DNA of 13,701 nucleotides from Pseudothermotoga sp. (GTDB taxonomy: Bacteria > Thermotogota > Thermotogae > Thermotogales > DSM-5069): contig JBEPZZ010000046.1 in the NCBI GenBank assembly GCA_041640575.1, positions 1 to 13,701 of the forward strand, written 5' to 3'. The translations under genes and the position numbers were made by a program. The notes beneath the pieces are model-generated. The model saw nothing but the letters and a program-made list of their open reading frames with translations, searched no databases and had not been told where the DNA came from. This document shows, in pieces, positions 1 to 7,919 of this stretch. Position 1 is the stretch's first letter. Each line of letters starts with the position of its first letter.

Positions 1-1
1 G

Positions 2-820
2 TGTGTAAGGGCGCATAGAGGTCTGAACACACCCGAGACAGTCGTTCTAGCGGCTAAAGCTGGAGCGGATTTAACAAAAATCAACGTGGTTTATGGTTCT
101 TTGAACGGTGGGACAGATCCAGAAAGGCTCACAGTCGATGGTGTTTACGCCATTAAGCTAGCGGCTAAATTTGAGATGCCATATGACATACCTACGAACG
201 AGGAACTCGGTGGTGTACCTGCTTATAAAGCATTTGCGGGGATGCTTGTCGTTGCATATCTTGGTGTGAAACTTGGAGCAAGACCGATCCTGAAACCTTT
301 ATTTTGTTACTCTCCGGACGCCATGATAAACAAGTATATGGAAGATAACTACATCGACTACAACGCGGCAAAAATTTTTGCCCTAAAGGATATCATCGAC
401 GCGCCAATATGGCCTGGAGAACCAATAGGCTTCATGACTCATACCGAAGACAGAGTTCAATCCGCCATGACTACGGCCCTGCATGCGGCTCTAGCAAAAT
501 CCCTCGATTTAGATGCAATTACTGTGGCTTCCACAGATGAAGCTTATGCAAGGGGTACTATAACAAGCTCGGCGAGAATAGATACGTTGAGAGCTATTGC
601 GGAAGCCTTTAGATTCTTTGGGCAAGCAAATGTGCAACCTACAAAGAATGCCTTCTCTTTTGCTGAGATGATAGAACAAGGCATCTACGAAACATTAAAA
701 AAGGTTGCAGAACGCGGAGATTTTGTGGCTTCTTTATATGAAGGATTTTTCGGAACAAGAGAGGAAGGTGCAAATCCAGGTAGAAACGGTAAAGGAACAG
801 TTAAACTATGCTTACCATAG
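2..820 (+). CDS. 5'-truncated protein; C-terminal part of a putative cobalamin-dependent mutase-like TIM-barrel enzyme (family unassigned)
   Basis: The frame is open from base 2 (CVRAHRGLNTPETVVLAAKAGADLTKINV...), so the GTG at 86 is internal and the true start lies upstream of the window. DAITVASTDEAY...SARI recalls the last barrel strand of methylmalonyl-CoA mutase (SLHTNSxDEA...SARI). PIWPGEPIGFMT and the tail LKKVAERGDF...EGFFG...GRNGKGTV parallel the C-terminus of lysine 5,6-aminomutase alpha. It overlaps a KamB-like gene. Coding status is secure; the function is inferred. Confidence 0.6.
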   Translation, partial: CVRAHRGLNTPETVVLAAKAGADLTKINVVYGSLNGGTDPERLTVDGVYAIKLAAKFEMPYDIPTNEELGGVPAYKAFAGMLVVAYLGVKLGARPILKPLFCYSPDAMINKYMEDNYIDYNAAKIFALKDIIDAPIWPGEPIGFMTHTEDRVQSAMTTALHAALAKSLDLDAITVASTDEAYARGTITSSARIDTLRAIAEAFRFFGQANVQPTKNAFSFAEMIEQGIYETLKKVAERGDFVASLYEGFFGTREEGANPGRNGKGTVKLCLP

Positions 821-1695
821 GCGTACTTGGTACTGCAAAGAACACTGGAAAAACAACTGTTATCAACAGTGCGATTAAATGTCTTCCGAACTTCAAACTT
901 GGGATAACAAGTATTGGTTTTGACGGCGAAGATCTTGACTTCGTAACAGGTTTGCCAAAACCAAAGATCATTGTTGACGAGGGCATGATAGTGATAACAA
1001 GCAAAAAAGCCGCACAGCATTCGACTGCAAAACTTGAATTGCTGAAGAACCTGGACTTAAAGACCCCATTGGGTGTTATAGGAATATACAAAGTAAAAGA
1101 AATCGGGAGCGTTGTCTTAGTTGGCCCTAACTCCAGTCATGATTTGATCAAAGCTTTGAAGGAAACAGAGGAATACAAAATCGACGTTTTCTTGATAGAT
1201 GGTGCTGCAAATAGAATGATACCTTTCCAACATGTGAATTATGTTGTGATTGCAACAGGTGCTGCTCGCAGTACGGATTTAAATGAATTGCTTTTGGAAG
1301 CCAGAATCTTCGTAAGAGTACTTCAGCTACCAGTTTGTAATTCAGGCCGAACAATTCCTGGGTTAGTGACTGTGGAACAACTTAAAGCATTGCAAGACCA
1401 AATGATTGTTGTCGAATCACCTTTTCACCTCCTTTTGTCAGTAGATCTGAAAATGCTAGACAAACTGCTGGATACATTGAAATTAGGAGTTATGCGAAAA
1501 CCCCAATTACTTTGTGTAACAGTTAATCCGTGTTATCCAGAGAAGAGAATAGATGGATACGCTCTTTCCAAGGTTGATTTAACGCAATTGACACGTTTGC
1601 TGAGAGATCAAGTTAGTATAATGACAATTGATGTAGAACAAAACGAAACTGAGTTTTGTCAAATCTTACAACACGCTATTTGCATAAAAAAATAG
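808..1695 (+). CDS. KamB-like P-loop protein (resembles the lysine 5,6-aminomutase reactivase subunit KamB)
   Basis: 295 aa. N-terminal GVLGTAKNTGKTT (deviant Walker A), GITSIGFDGE..D.VTGLPKPKI, TPLGVI, LVGP, FLIDGA..R (Walker B-like) and IATGAA match the pattern I recall for KamB-family proteins. AAAGGA lies upstream of the ATG, and the gene overlaps the previous one by 13 bp. Confidence 0.65.
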   Translation: MLTIGVLGTAKNTGKTTVINSAIKCLPNFKLGITSIGFDGEDLDFVTGLPKPKIIVDEGMIVITSKKAAQHSTAKLELLKNLDLKTPLGVIGIYKVKEIGSVVLVGPNSSHDLIKALKETEEYKIDVFLIDGAANRMIPFQHVNYVVIATGAARSTDLNELLLEARIFVRVLQLPVCNSGRTIPGLVTVEQLKALQDQMIVVESPFHLLLSVDLKMLDKLLDTLKLGVMRKPQLLCVTVNPCYPEKRIDGYALSKVDLTQLTRLLRDQVSIMTIDVEQNETEFCQILQHAICIKK

Positions 1696-1710
1696 ATGAG
1701 GTGATTGAGT

Positions 1711-4344
1711 GTGAATAATTTTTACAGAATGAACGTCTCAGAAGTTTTAAGACAATTTACCGTTGATTCAGAAAAGGGAATTTCCACCGAAGAAGCGAAG
1801 GAGCGTCTTAGAAAATTCGGTCCTAATGAACTGACCCAGAAAAAGAGAAGAACCATCTGGCAGATGTTCTTATCTCAGTTCACAAACTTTCTGATAATTA
1901 TTCTTCTTGCTGCCGCATTTATTTCGCTGCTTGTTGGAGAATCTATAGATGCAATTTTGATCGTAGCAATAGTTATCCTAAATGCTATCATCAGCACAAT
2001 TCAGGAATCTAAGGCAGAAAAATCCTTGGCTCTTTTGAAAAAAATGGCTGCCCCAACGGCAAAAGTTGTTCGTGATGGAATAGTTCAAACTATACCCTCA
2101 AGAGAAATTGTTCCTGGGGATATCGTTTTACTGGAAGCTGGAAACTACGTACCGGCGGATGGTAGGGTGATAGAATCTGTTAACCTATCAGTGAGTGAAG
2201 CTGCATTAACGGGTGAATCCCAACCTGTTGACAAGATTTCAGATGTACTTGAAGAGCCAAACCTTCCCATAGGTGATCGCCGCAACATGGTATATTCTGG
2301 AACCATTGTTACTCGAGGCAGAGGCAAAGTAGTCATAACATCAACAGGTAACGAAACCGAACTTGGTAAGATAGCAAAAGCGCTCCTAGAAATGGAAGAA
2401 ACAAAGACACCCCTGCAAGTCAATCTGGAAAAACTTGGTAAGCAGATAGGAATCATAATTCTAGCGATCTGCGCAATAGTATTCATTTTGGGAGTTTTTG
2501 AGGGAAACCCCATACTGGAAATGTTTTTGACAGCAGTTAGCTTGGCTGTAGCAGCGGTTCCCGAAGGTTTACCGGCTGTTGTCACAATTGTTTTGGCACT
2601 TGGTGTTTATAACATGGTCAAACGTAATGCAATAATCAGAAAGCTTCAAGCAGTTGAAGCTCTGGGATCAGTTAACGTCATTTGTTCTGACAAAACTGGA
2701 ACACTTACGAAAAACGAGATGACAGTAGTTAAATATTATTTTCATCCCCAAGTCTTTATCGAATCGGATCAAATCAGGATGAACACAAGAAAAGTCGTCG
2801 AAATGTTGCTCAAGGGAGCTGCACTGTGTAACGATGCTTTTGTTGCGATTAAAGACGGAAAAAGAATCACATCTGGTGATCCAACCGAAATAGCTTTGGC
2901 AGTTGCAGCAATGGAAAATGAGTTTGCAAAGGATCAACTTGAACGATCCTTCCCTAGAATCTACGAGATACCTTTCGATTCCGATAGAAAAATGATGACT
3001 ACCGTCCATGATTCTGGCACTGAGAAAATTGCTTTCACAAAAGGTGCACCAGATGTAATTCTTTCCAGATGTACACATTTCATGAGAGAAGACGGCAAAA
3101 TTGAAGAACTAACTCAAAACGATAGAATACAAATTGAAAAGGCAAACATGCACATGGCGTCAAGCGGGTTAAGGGTCCTTGCCATTGCTTTTGAATATGT
3201 TGAGGATAAAGATTATTCCGGTCTTGAAAACAATATGATTTTCCTTGGTTTAATAGGAATGATCGATCCACCAAGGCCTGAAGTCAAAGATGCCCTTGAA
3301 AAATGTCGAAAAGCTGGGATAGAAGTAATAATGATCACAGGAGATCATAAGATAACTGCTCAAACAATTGCACAGGAGCTGGGGATTTTAGAGCACGGAA
3401 GTTTGATAATAACAGGCCGGGAACTAATAGAAATGGATATAAATGATCTTGTCGAAGTTGTCGAAAAGGTAAAGGTTTATGCTCGTGTTTCACCGAATGA
3501 CAAATTGAAGATCGTAGAAGCGTTGAAAAAGAGAGGGAAAATAGTTGCCATGACAGGAGACGGAGTAAACGATGCGCCTGCACTTAAGAAAGCCGATATT
3601 GGCGTCGCTATGGGCATAACGGGAACCGATGTTTCGAAGGACGCCTCGGACATGATACTTACGGACGATAATTTCGCGAGTATAGTCGCCGCAATTGAGG
3701 AAGGTAGAAAGATCTTTGATAACATCAGAAAGGTCGTTTACTATCTACTTTCATGTAACATAAGCGAGGTTGCAACCATTTTTATTTCCATATTGTTGAG
3801 ACTGCCATTGCCTTTGATACCAGTGCAAATTCTATGGATGAATCTGGTTACCGACGGTCTACCAGCTCTCGCTCTTGGTGTTGAACCTGCAGAACCTGAC
3901 GTAATGGAAAGACCTCCAAGGGACCCAAAAGAAGGAATTATGAGTAAACAAGTAATGATCAGTATACTCTTGGGTGGTTTGTGCTTGTCTATTTTGACCT
4001 TGTTTGTTTACGGCTGGGCGCTGTGGGAGCACGATGAAATAAAAATTCTCAGAACAATGGTTTTCTTCACGCTCTCTACTGGGCAACTATTACATGCTTT
4101 CAATTCAAAATCATTGAAACATTCAATTTTCAAGGCTGGAATCACAAAAAATGCAAGCTTAATCTTGGCAACTGCAGTATCATTTGCCCTACTTTTGGCC
4201 ATTATCTACATACCCGGATTGCAAGAAATTTTTGGAACACATCCTTTGACTGGGAAACAGTTAGTTGTATCGGTAATAGCAACTTTGTTGATCATTCCGG
4301 TATATGAACTTGTAAAACTCTTCCTGAGAAAAAGATACTTATGA
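1711..4344 (+). CDS. P-type IIA cation-transporting ATPase (Ca2+-ATPase, SERCA/PMR1/YloB-like)
   Basis: Motifs TGES, PEGL, DKTGTLT (phospho-Asp codon 2689-2691), KGAP, DPPR, MITGD, GDGVNDAPAL, TM5 SCNISE and TM6 WMNLVTDGLPA. SD GAGGTGA (1698-1704) favours the GTG at 1711 over the TTG at 1705 used by the ORF track. Confidence 0.93.
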   Translation: MNNFYRMNVSEVLRQFTVDSEKGISTEEAKERLRKFGPNELTQKKRRTIWQMFLSQFTNFLIIILLAAAFISLLVGESIDAILIVAIVILNAIISTIQESKAEKSLALLKKMAAPTAKVVRDGIVQTIPSREIVPGDIVLLEAGNYVPADGRVIESVNLSVSEAALTGESQPVDKISDVLEEPNLPIGDRRNMVYSGTIVTRGRGKVVITSTGNETELGKIAKALLEMEETKTPLQVNLEKLGKQIGIIILAICAIVFILGVFEGNPILEMFLTAVSLAVAAVPEGLPAVVTIVLALGVYNMVKRNAIIRKLQAVEALGSVNVICSDKTGTLTKNEMTVVKYYFHPQVFIESDQIRMNTRKVVEMLLKGAALCNDAFVAIKDGKRITSGDPTEIALAVAAMENEFAKDQLERSFPRIYEIPFDSDRKMMTTVHDSGTEKIAFTKGAPDVILSRCTHFMREDGKIEELTQNDRIQIEKANMHMASSGLRVLAIAFEYVEDKDYSGLENNMIFLGLIGMIDPPRPEVKDALEKCRKAGIEVIMITGDHKITAQTIAQELGILEHGSLIITGRELIEMDINDLVEVVEKVKVYARVSPNDKLKIVEALKKRGKIVAMTGDGVNDAPALKKADIGVAMGITGTDVSKDASDMILTDDNFASIVAAIEEGRKIFDNIRKVVYYLLSCNISEVATIFISILLRLPLPLIPVQILWMNLVTDGLPALALGVEPAEPDVMERPPRDPKEGIMSKQVMISILLGGLCLSILTLFVYGWALWEHDEIKILRTMVFFTLSTGQLLHAFNSKSLKHSIFKAGITKNASLILATAVSFALLLAIIYIPGLQEIFGTHPLTGKQLVVSVIATLLIIPVYELVKLFLRKRYL

Positions 4345-5931
4345 ACATTCTGTTTTTTTCCTAAGGACTTGCCCAGTTCTTGAACCTGTATGTTCGCCAT
4401 TTTCGATGGTTACAGAACCATTTACTATTACGTACACTATCCCTTCTGGGTAATTTTTTGGACAATCGTACGTAGCCATATCTTTGACCTTCTCAAGGTC
4501 GAAGATCACAATATCAGCACTCATACCTCGTTTGATCATTCCACGGTCCAAAAGCCCTAGCCTTTGGGCTGGAAAAGACGTCATTTTTCTTATCGCCTGT
4601 TCCAAGCTGACAACTTTTAATTCTTTCACGTACCTCGATAAAATTCTAGGAAAGGTCCCGTAATTTCTTGGATGAGGATGACCCTTGGAAAGTATCCCAT
4701 AAGGCGCCAACGCACTCCCGTCCGAACCTATAATTGAATACTCACTCGCTATAACTCTCTTTATATCTTCTTCGTCTATGCAAAACCTTATCATCCCAAC
4801 TTGAGCTTTCTCTTCGACTATCAAATCAAAGATGGCATATATTGGTGATTTACCCAGTTGATCTGCAATATAGTGCACACTTTTTCCTTCACACCACCTA
4901 TTCTTCTCAGTTGATACATAACTGATATACAAATTCTCATATCCACTCATCTTTTGTTGAACAGGATCTATCTCCTGGGCGATCTTTTGTCTTATTTTTT
5001 CGTTTTTTAACCTCTCAAGCAATTTCTCTTTTCCACCCTCGTGAACCCATCCGGGAAGAATCGCAGCCAAGCTCGTTGCTGTTGCCGTATAGGGATAGAC
5101 ATCGCAGCTAACGTCTATACCAATTTTTCTAGCTTCTTCAATCATTTTCAACGTTTGTTCAACTTTACCAAAATTGCTTCTTCCAACTGCCTTGTGATGT
5201 GAAATTTGAACAGCAATTCTCGCGATTCTACCAACATCTATACTTTCAGCAACAGATTGCTCTAGTTTGTCACCCTCGCTTCTCATATGAGTTGCGTAAT
5301 AACCTCCAAACTGGCTGACCACTTTGCACAGTTCGATGATTTCATCAGTATCTGCAAAAGAACCAGGGGGATAGATCAAACCAGTTGAAAGCCCAAAAGC
5401 TCCGTCCTCCATAGCTTGCCAAAGTAACTGCTTCATTCTTTCTAGTTCTTCAGCTGTCGGTTTTCTGTTTTCATAACCCAGGACTGATTTTCTCAATGTT
5501 CCATGCCCTACGAGTGTCGCATAGTTTATACTTGGCCGAGATGCTTCTAAATTGCTCAGATACTCGGAAACAGTATGCCAGCAAACTTGTAGACCGTAGT
5601 CCTGTGCGGCCCTTTTCTGATCCTCGAAGGCCTGATCAAAAATTGGTGCTGCTGAATCCCCGCAATTACCAACTACCTCAGTTGTAACACCTTGTCTCAA
5701 CTTGCTCTCACAACGATAGTTCACCATGGGTTCAAGGTCTGAATGACTGTGTATGTCTATGAACCCCGGACAGACGAAGAGCCCTGCGGCATCGATGATT
5801 CTCTTAGCCTTTCTACCTTTGAGAAATCCGATGTCGACTATTTTTCCATCATCTACAGCAATGTCAGCGTAAAACCATGGATTCGCAGTACCGTCAATTA
5901 TTCTGCCGTTAGTTATCAAAATATCATGCAT
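4339..5931 (-). CDS. N-acyl-D-amino acid deacylase / D-aminoacylase family amidohydrolase
   Basis: 530 aa with PGFIDIHSHSD (HxH), GVTTEVVGNCG (Cys ligand), GLSTGLIYPPG, THMRSE, SHHK, DVYPY, IGSDG and HPRNYGTFPR. SD GAGGTGA precedes the ATG. No signal peptide. Confidence 0.92.
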   Translation of the reverse strand: MHDILITNGRIIDGTANPWFYADIAVDDGKIVDIGFLKGRKAKRIIDAAGLFVCPGFIDIHSHSDLEPMVNYRCESKLRQGVTTEVVGNCGDSAAPIFDQAFEDQKRAAQDYGLQVCWHTVSEYLSNLEASRPSINYATLVGHGTLRKSVLGYENRKPTAEELERMKQLLWQAMEDGAFGLSTGLIYPPGSFADTDEIIELCKVVSQFGGYYATHMRSEGDKLEQSVAESIDVGRIARIAVQISHHKAVGRSNFGKVEQTLKMIEEARKIGIDVSCDVYPYTATATSLAAILPGWVHEGGKEKLLERLKNEKIRQKIAQEIDPVQQKMSGYENLYISYVSTEKNRWCEGKSVHYIADQLGKSPIYAIFDLIVEEKAQVGMIRFCIDEEDIKRVIASEYSIIGSDGSALAPYGILSKGHPHPRNYGTFPRILSRYVKELKVVSLEQAIRKMTSFPAQRLGLLDRGMIKRGMSADIVIFDLEKVKDMATYDCPKNYPEGIVYVIVNGSVTIENGEHTGSRTGQVLRKKTECS

Positions 5932-5940
5932 TCTATCACC

Positions 5941-6918
5941 TCAAGATTCGTATAAATAGCAGGCAACAAAATGATTCTTAGACGGCTCAAACAACCTTGG
6001 TTGCTCCCTTTTACAAATCTCCATTACATATGGACACCTAGGAGCAAATCGGCATCCTTCTGGCGGGTTGAACGCGCTAGTCACATCACCTTCAAGGATT
6101 ATCCTCTGTTTTTTCACTCTCGGATTTGGTATTGGAATGGCCGAAATTAGAGCTTTCGTGTAAGGATGCAATGGATTGTCGTAAAGCTCTTCGCTATCGC
6201 ATAACTCAACGATCTTGCCAAGATACATGACACCTATCTTGTGAGAAACATGCTTAACCACATTGAGTTCATGTGAGATGAACAAGTAAGATACTTTAAA
6301 CTTTTCCTGAAGTTCTTCCAAAAGATTGAGTATTTGACTTTGAATGGAAACATCTAGGGCTGAAACAGGTTCATCGCAAACAATCAAATCTGGATTTGTG
6401 GCTAAAGCTCTTGCTATGCTTATTCGCTGCCTCTGTCCGCCTGAAAATTCGTGCGGATATCTATTCATATGTTCTGCAGCAAGACCAACCATCTGTAAAA
6501 GCTCCTTAACTCTCTTTTCCAGTTCTTTTCCTCTTGCTATTTTGTGATATCGTAATCCTTCACCGATGATATCTTTAACTGTTAATCTGGGGTTGAGGGA
6601 GCTGTATGGATCTTGAAAAACTATTTGCATTTTTGGTCTGATCTCTTTGAGTTGCCCAAGTTTAAGTTTTGTTATGTCCACATTGTTGAAAAAAATCTGT
6701 CCTTTTGTTGGTTCAATGAGCCTTAACAAACACCTAGCGGTCGTAGTCTTACCGCATCCACTTTCACCAACCAGTCCGAGTGTTTGACCTTCATATATCT
6801 CAAAATCAATTCCGTCCACAGCTTTTACATAACCTAGCAGCTTATTCTGAAAGATTCCAATTTTGACGGGAAACCATTTGGTAAGTCCACGGACCTCAAC
6901 GACTTTTCTCATACTCAA
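5941..6918 (-). CDS. oppF: Oligopeptide/dipeptide ABC transporter ATP-binding subunit (OppF/DppF-type)
   Basis: GESGCGKT Walker A, FSGGQRQR signature, IVCDEP Walker B, HPYT and a Cys-rich C-terminal domain. SD GGAGGTG is 7 nt from the TTG at 6918; the ATG at 6912 is an alternative start. Confidence 0.93.
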   Translation of the reverse strand: MSMRKVVEVRGLTKWFPVKIGIFQNKLLGYVKAVDGIDFEIYEGQTLGLVGESGCGKTTTARCLLRLIEPTKGQIFFNNVDITKLKLGQLKEIRPKMQIVFQDPYSSLNPRLTVKDIIGEGLRYHKIARGKELEKRVKELLQMVGLAAEHMNRYPHEFSGGQRQRISIARALATNPDLIVCDEPVSALDVSIQSQILNLLEELQEKFKVSYLFISHELNVVKHVSHKIGVMYLGKIVELCDSEELYDNPLHPYTKALISAIPIPNPRVKKQRIILEGDVTSAFNPPEGCRFAPRCPYVMEICKREQPRLFEPSKNHFVACYLYES

Positions 6919-7906
6919 GTTCGTCCACCTCCTCTGGCTTGGAGCCGCGCAAGAAACATCTAACTCTTCTTTTATCGTTTACTTTCATCAAAGATGGTTC
7001 TTTCTCCCGGCAAACTTGTATAGCCAAAGAACAGCGCGGATGGAATCGACAACCTGAAGGAAGATTCATCAAATCCGGTACAGAACCTGGTATCGTATGG
7101 AGAGGTCCTTTACCGGATTCTAATCTCGGAATCGATTTGAGGAGTGCCTCTGTGTATGGATGAAGGGGATAGTCAAAAAGCTCGTCGCAAGGTGCCTCTT
7201 CAACCACTTGACCCGCATACATTACAAAGACACGGTTTGCCATCTCAGCAATTATTCCAAGATTGTGGGTTATTAAAAGTACGCTCATGTTGAACTGTCT
7301 TTTCAGTTCTGAAATCAATTCCAAAATCTGAGCCTGAATTGTCACATCAAGAGCTGTGGTTGGCTCATCAGCAATCAAGAGTTTTGGATTACATGAAAGT
7401 GCCATAGCAATCATTACTCTTTGACGCATTCCACCAGATAGTTGATGTGGATATTCGTAGAACCTTTTTTCTGGATTTGGAATTTTAACCAGCTTTAACA
7501 TCTCTATGGCTTTTTGCTTCGCCTCAGCTCTTGAAACTTTTTGGTGAACTATTATCGATTCCGATACTTGCTTACCTATTGTATAAACCGGGTTGAGAGA
7601 AGTCATTGGCTCTTGAAAAACCATGGAAATCTTTCCACCACGAATTTGCTTCATCTCCTCTTCGGATTTTTTCAAAATATCTTCTCCTTCGAAAAGGATT
7701 TCACCAGACTTGATTCTTGCAGGTGGATTTGGTAATAACCTCATAACAGCCAACGAAACTGTTGATTTTCCGCATCCAGATTCACCGACCATTCCAACAG
7801 TCTCGCCTTTATCTATAGTTAACCAGACTCGATCCACAGCTCGAACAGTTCCGTTAAAAGTTACATACTCTACGGTCAAATCTTTGATTTCAAGTAGTCT
7901 GTCCAT
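6896..7906 (-). CDS. oppD: Oligopeptide/dipeptide ABC transporter ATP-binding subunit (OppD/DppD-type)
   Basis: GESGCGKS, FQEPMTSLNP, LSGGMRQR, LIADEPTTALD, HPYT and four C-terminal Cys. SD GGAGG. Overlaps oppF by 23 bp. Confidence 0.93.
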   Translation of the reverse strand: MDRLLEIKDLTVEYVTFNGTVRAVDRVWLTIDKGETVGMVGESGCGKSTVSLAVMRLLPNPPARIKSGEILFEGEDILKKSEEEMKQIRGGKISMVFQEPMTSLNPVYTIGKQVSESIIVHQKVSRAEAKQKAIEMLKLVKIPNPEKRFYEYPHQLSGGMRQRVMIAMALSCNPKLLIADEPTTALDVTIQAQILELISELKRQFNMSVLLITHNLGIIAEMANRVFVMYAGQVVEEAPCDELFDYPLHPYTEALLKSIPRLESGKGPLHTIPGSVPDLMNLPSGCRFHPRCSLAIQVCREKEPSLMKVNDKRRVRCFLRGSKPEEVDELEYEKSR

Positions 7907-7919
7907 ACTATTCCTCCGT

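Noticed and set aside
86..88. GTG start for the first ORF as given by the track
   Set aside because: The frame is open back to base 2 with no stop and no SD before 86; the gene starts upstream of the window.
2..820. Calling the first ORF kamD, oraE, glmE or mutA
   Set aside because: The similarity is limited to fold-level motifs; the family-specific sequences I recall for those enzymes are absent.
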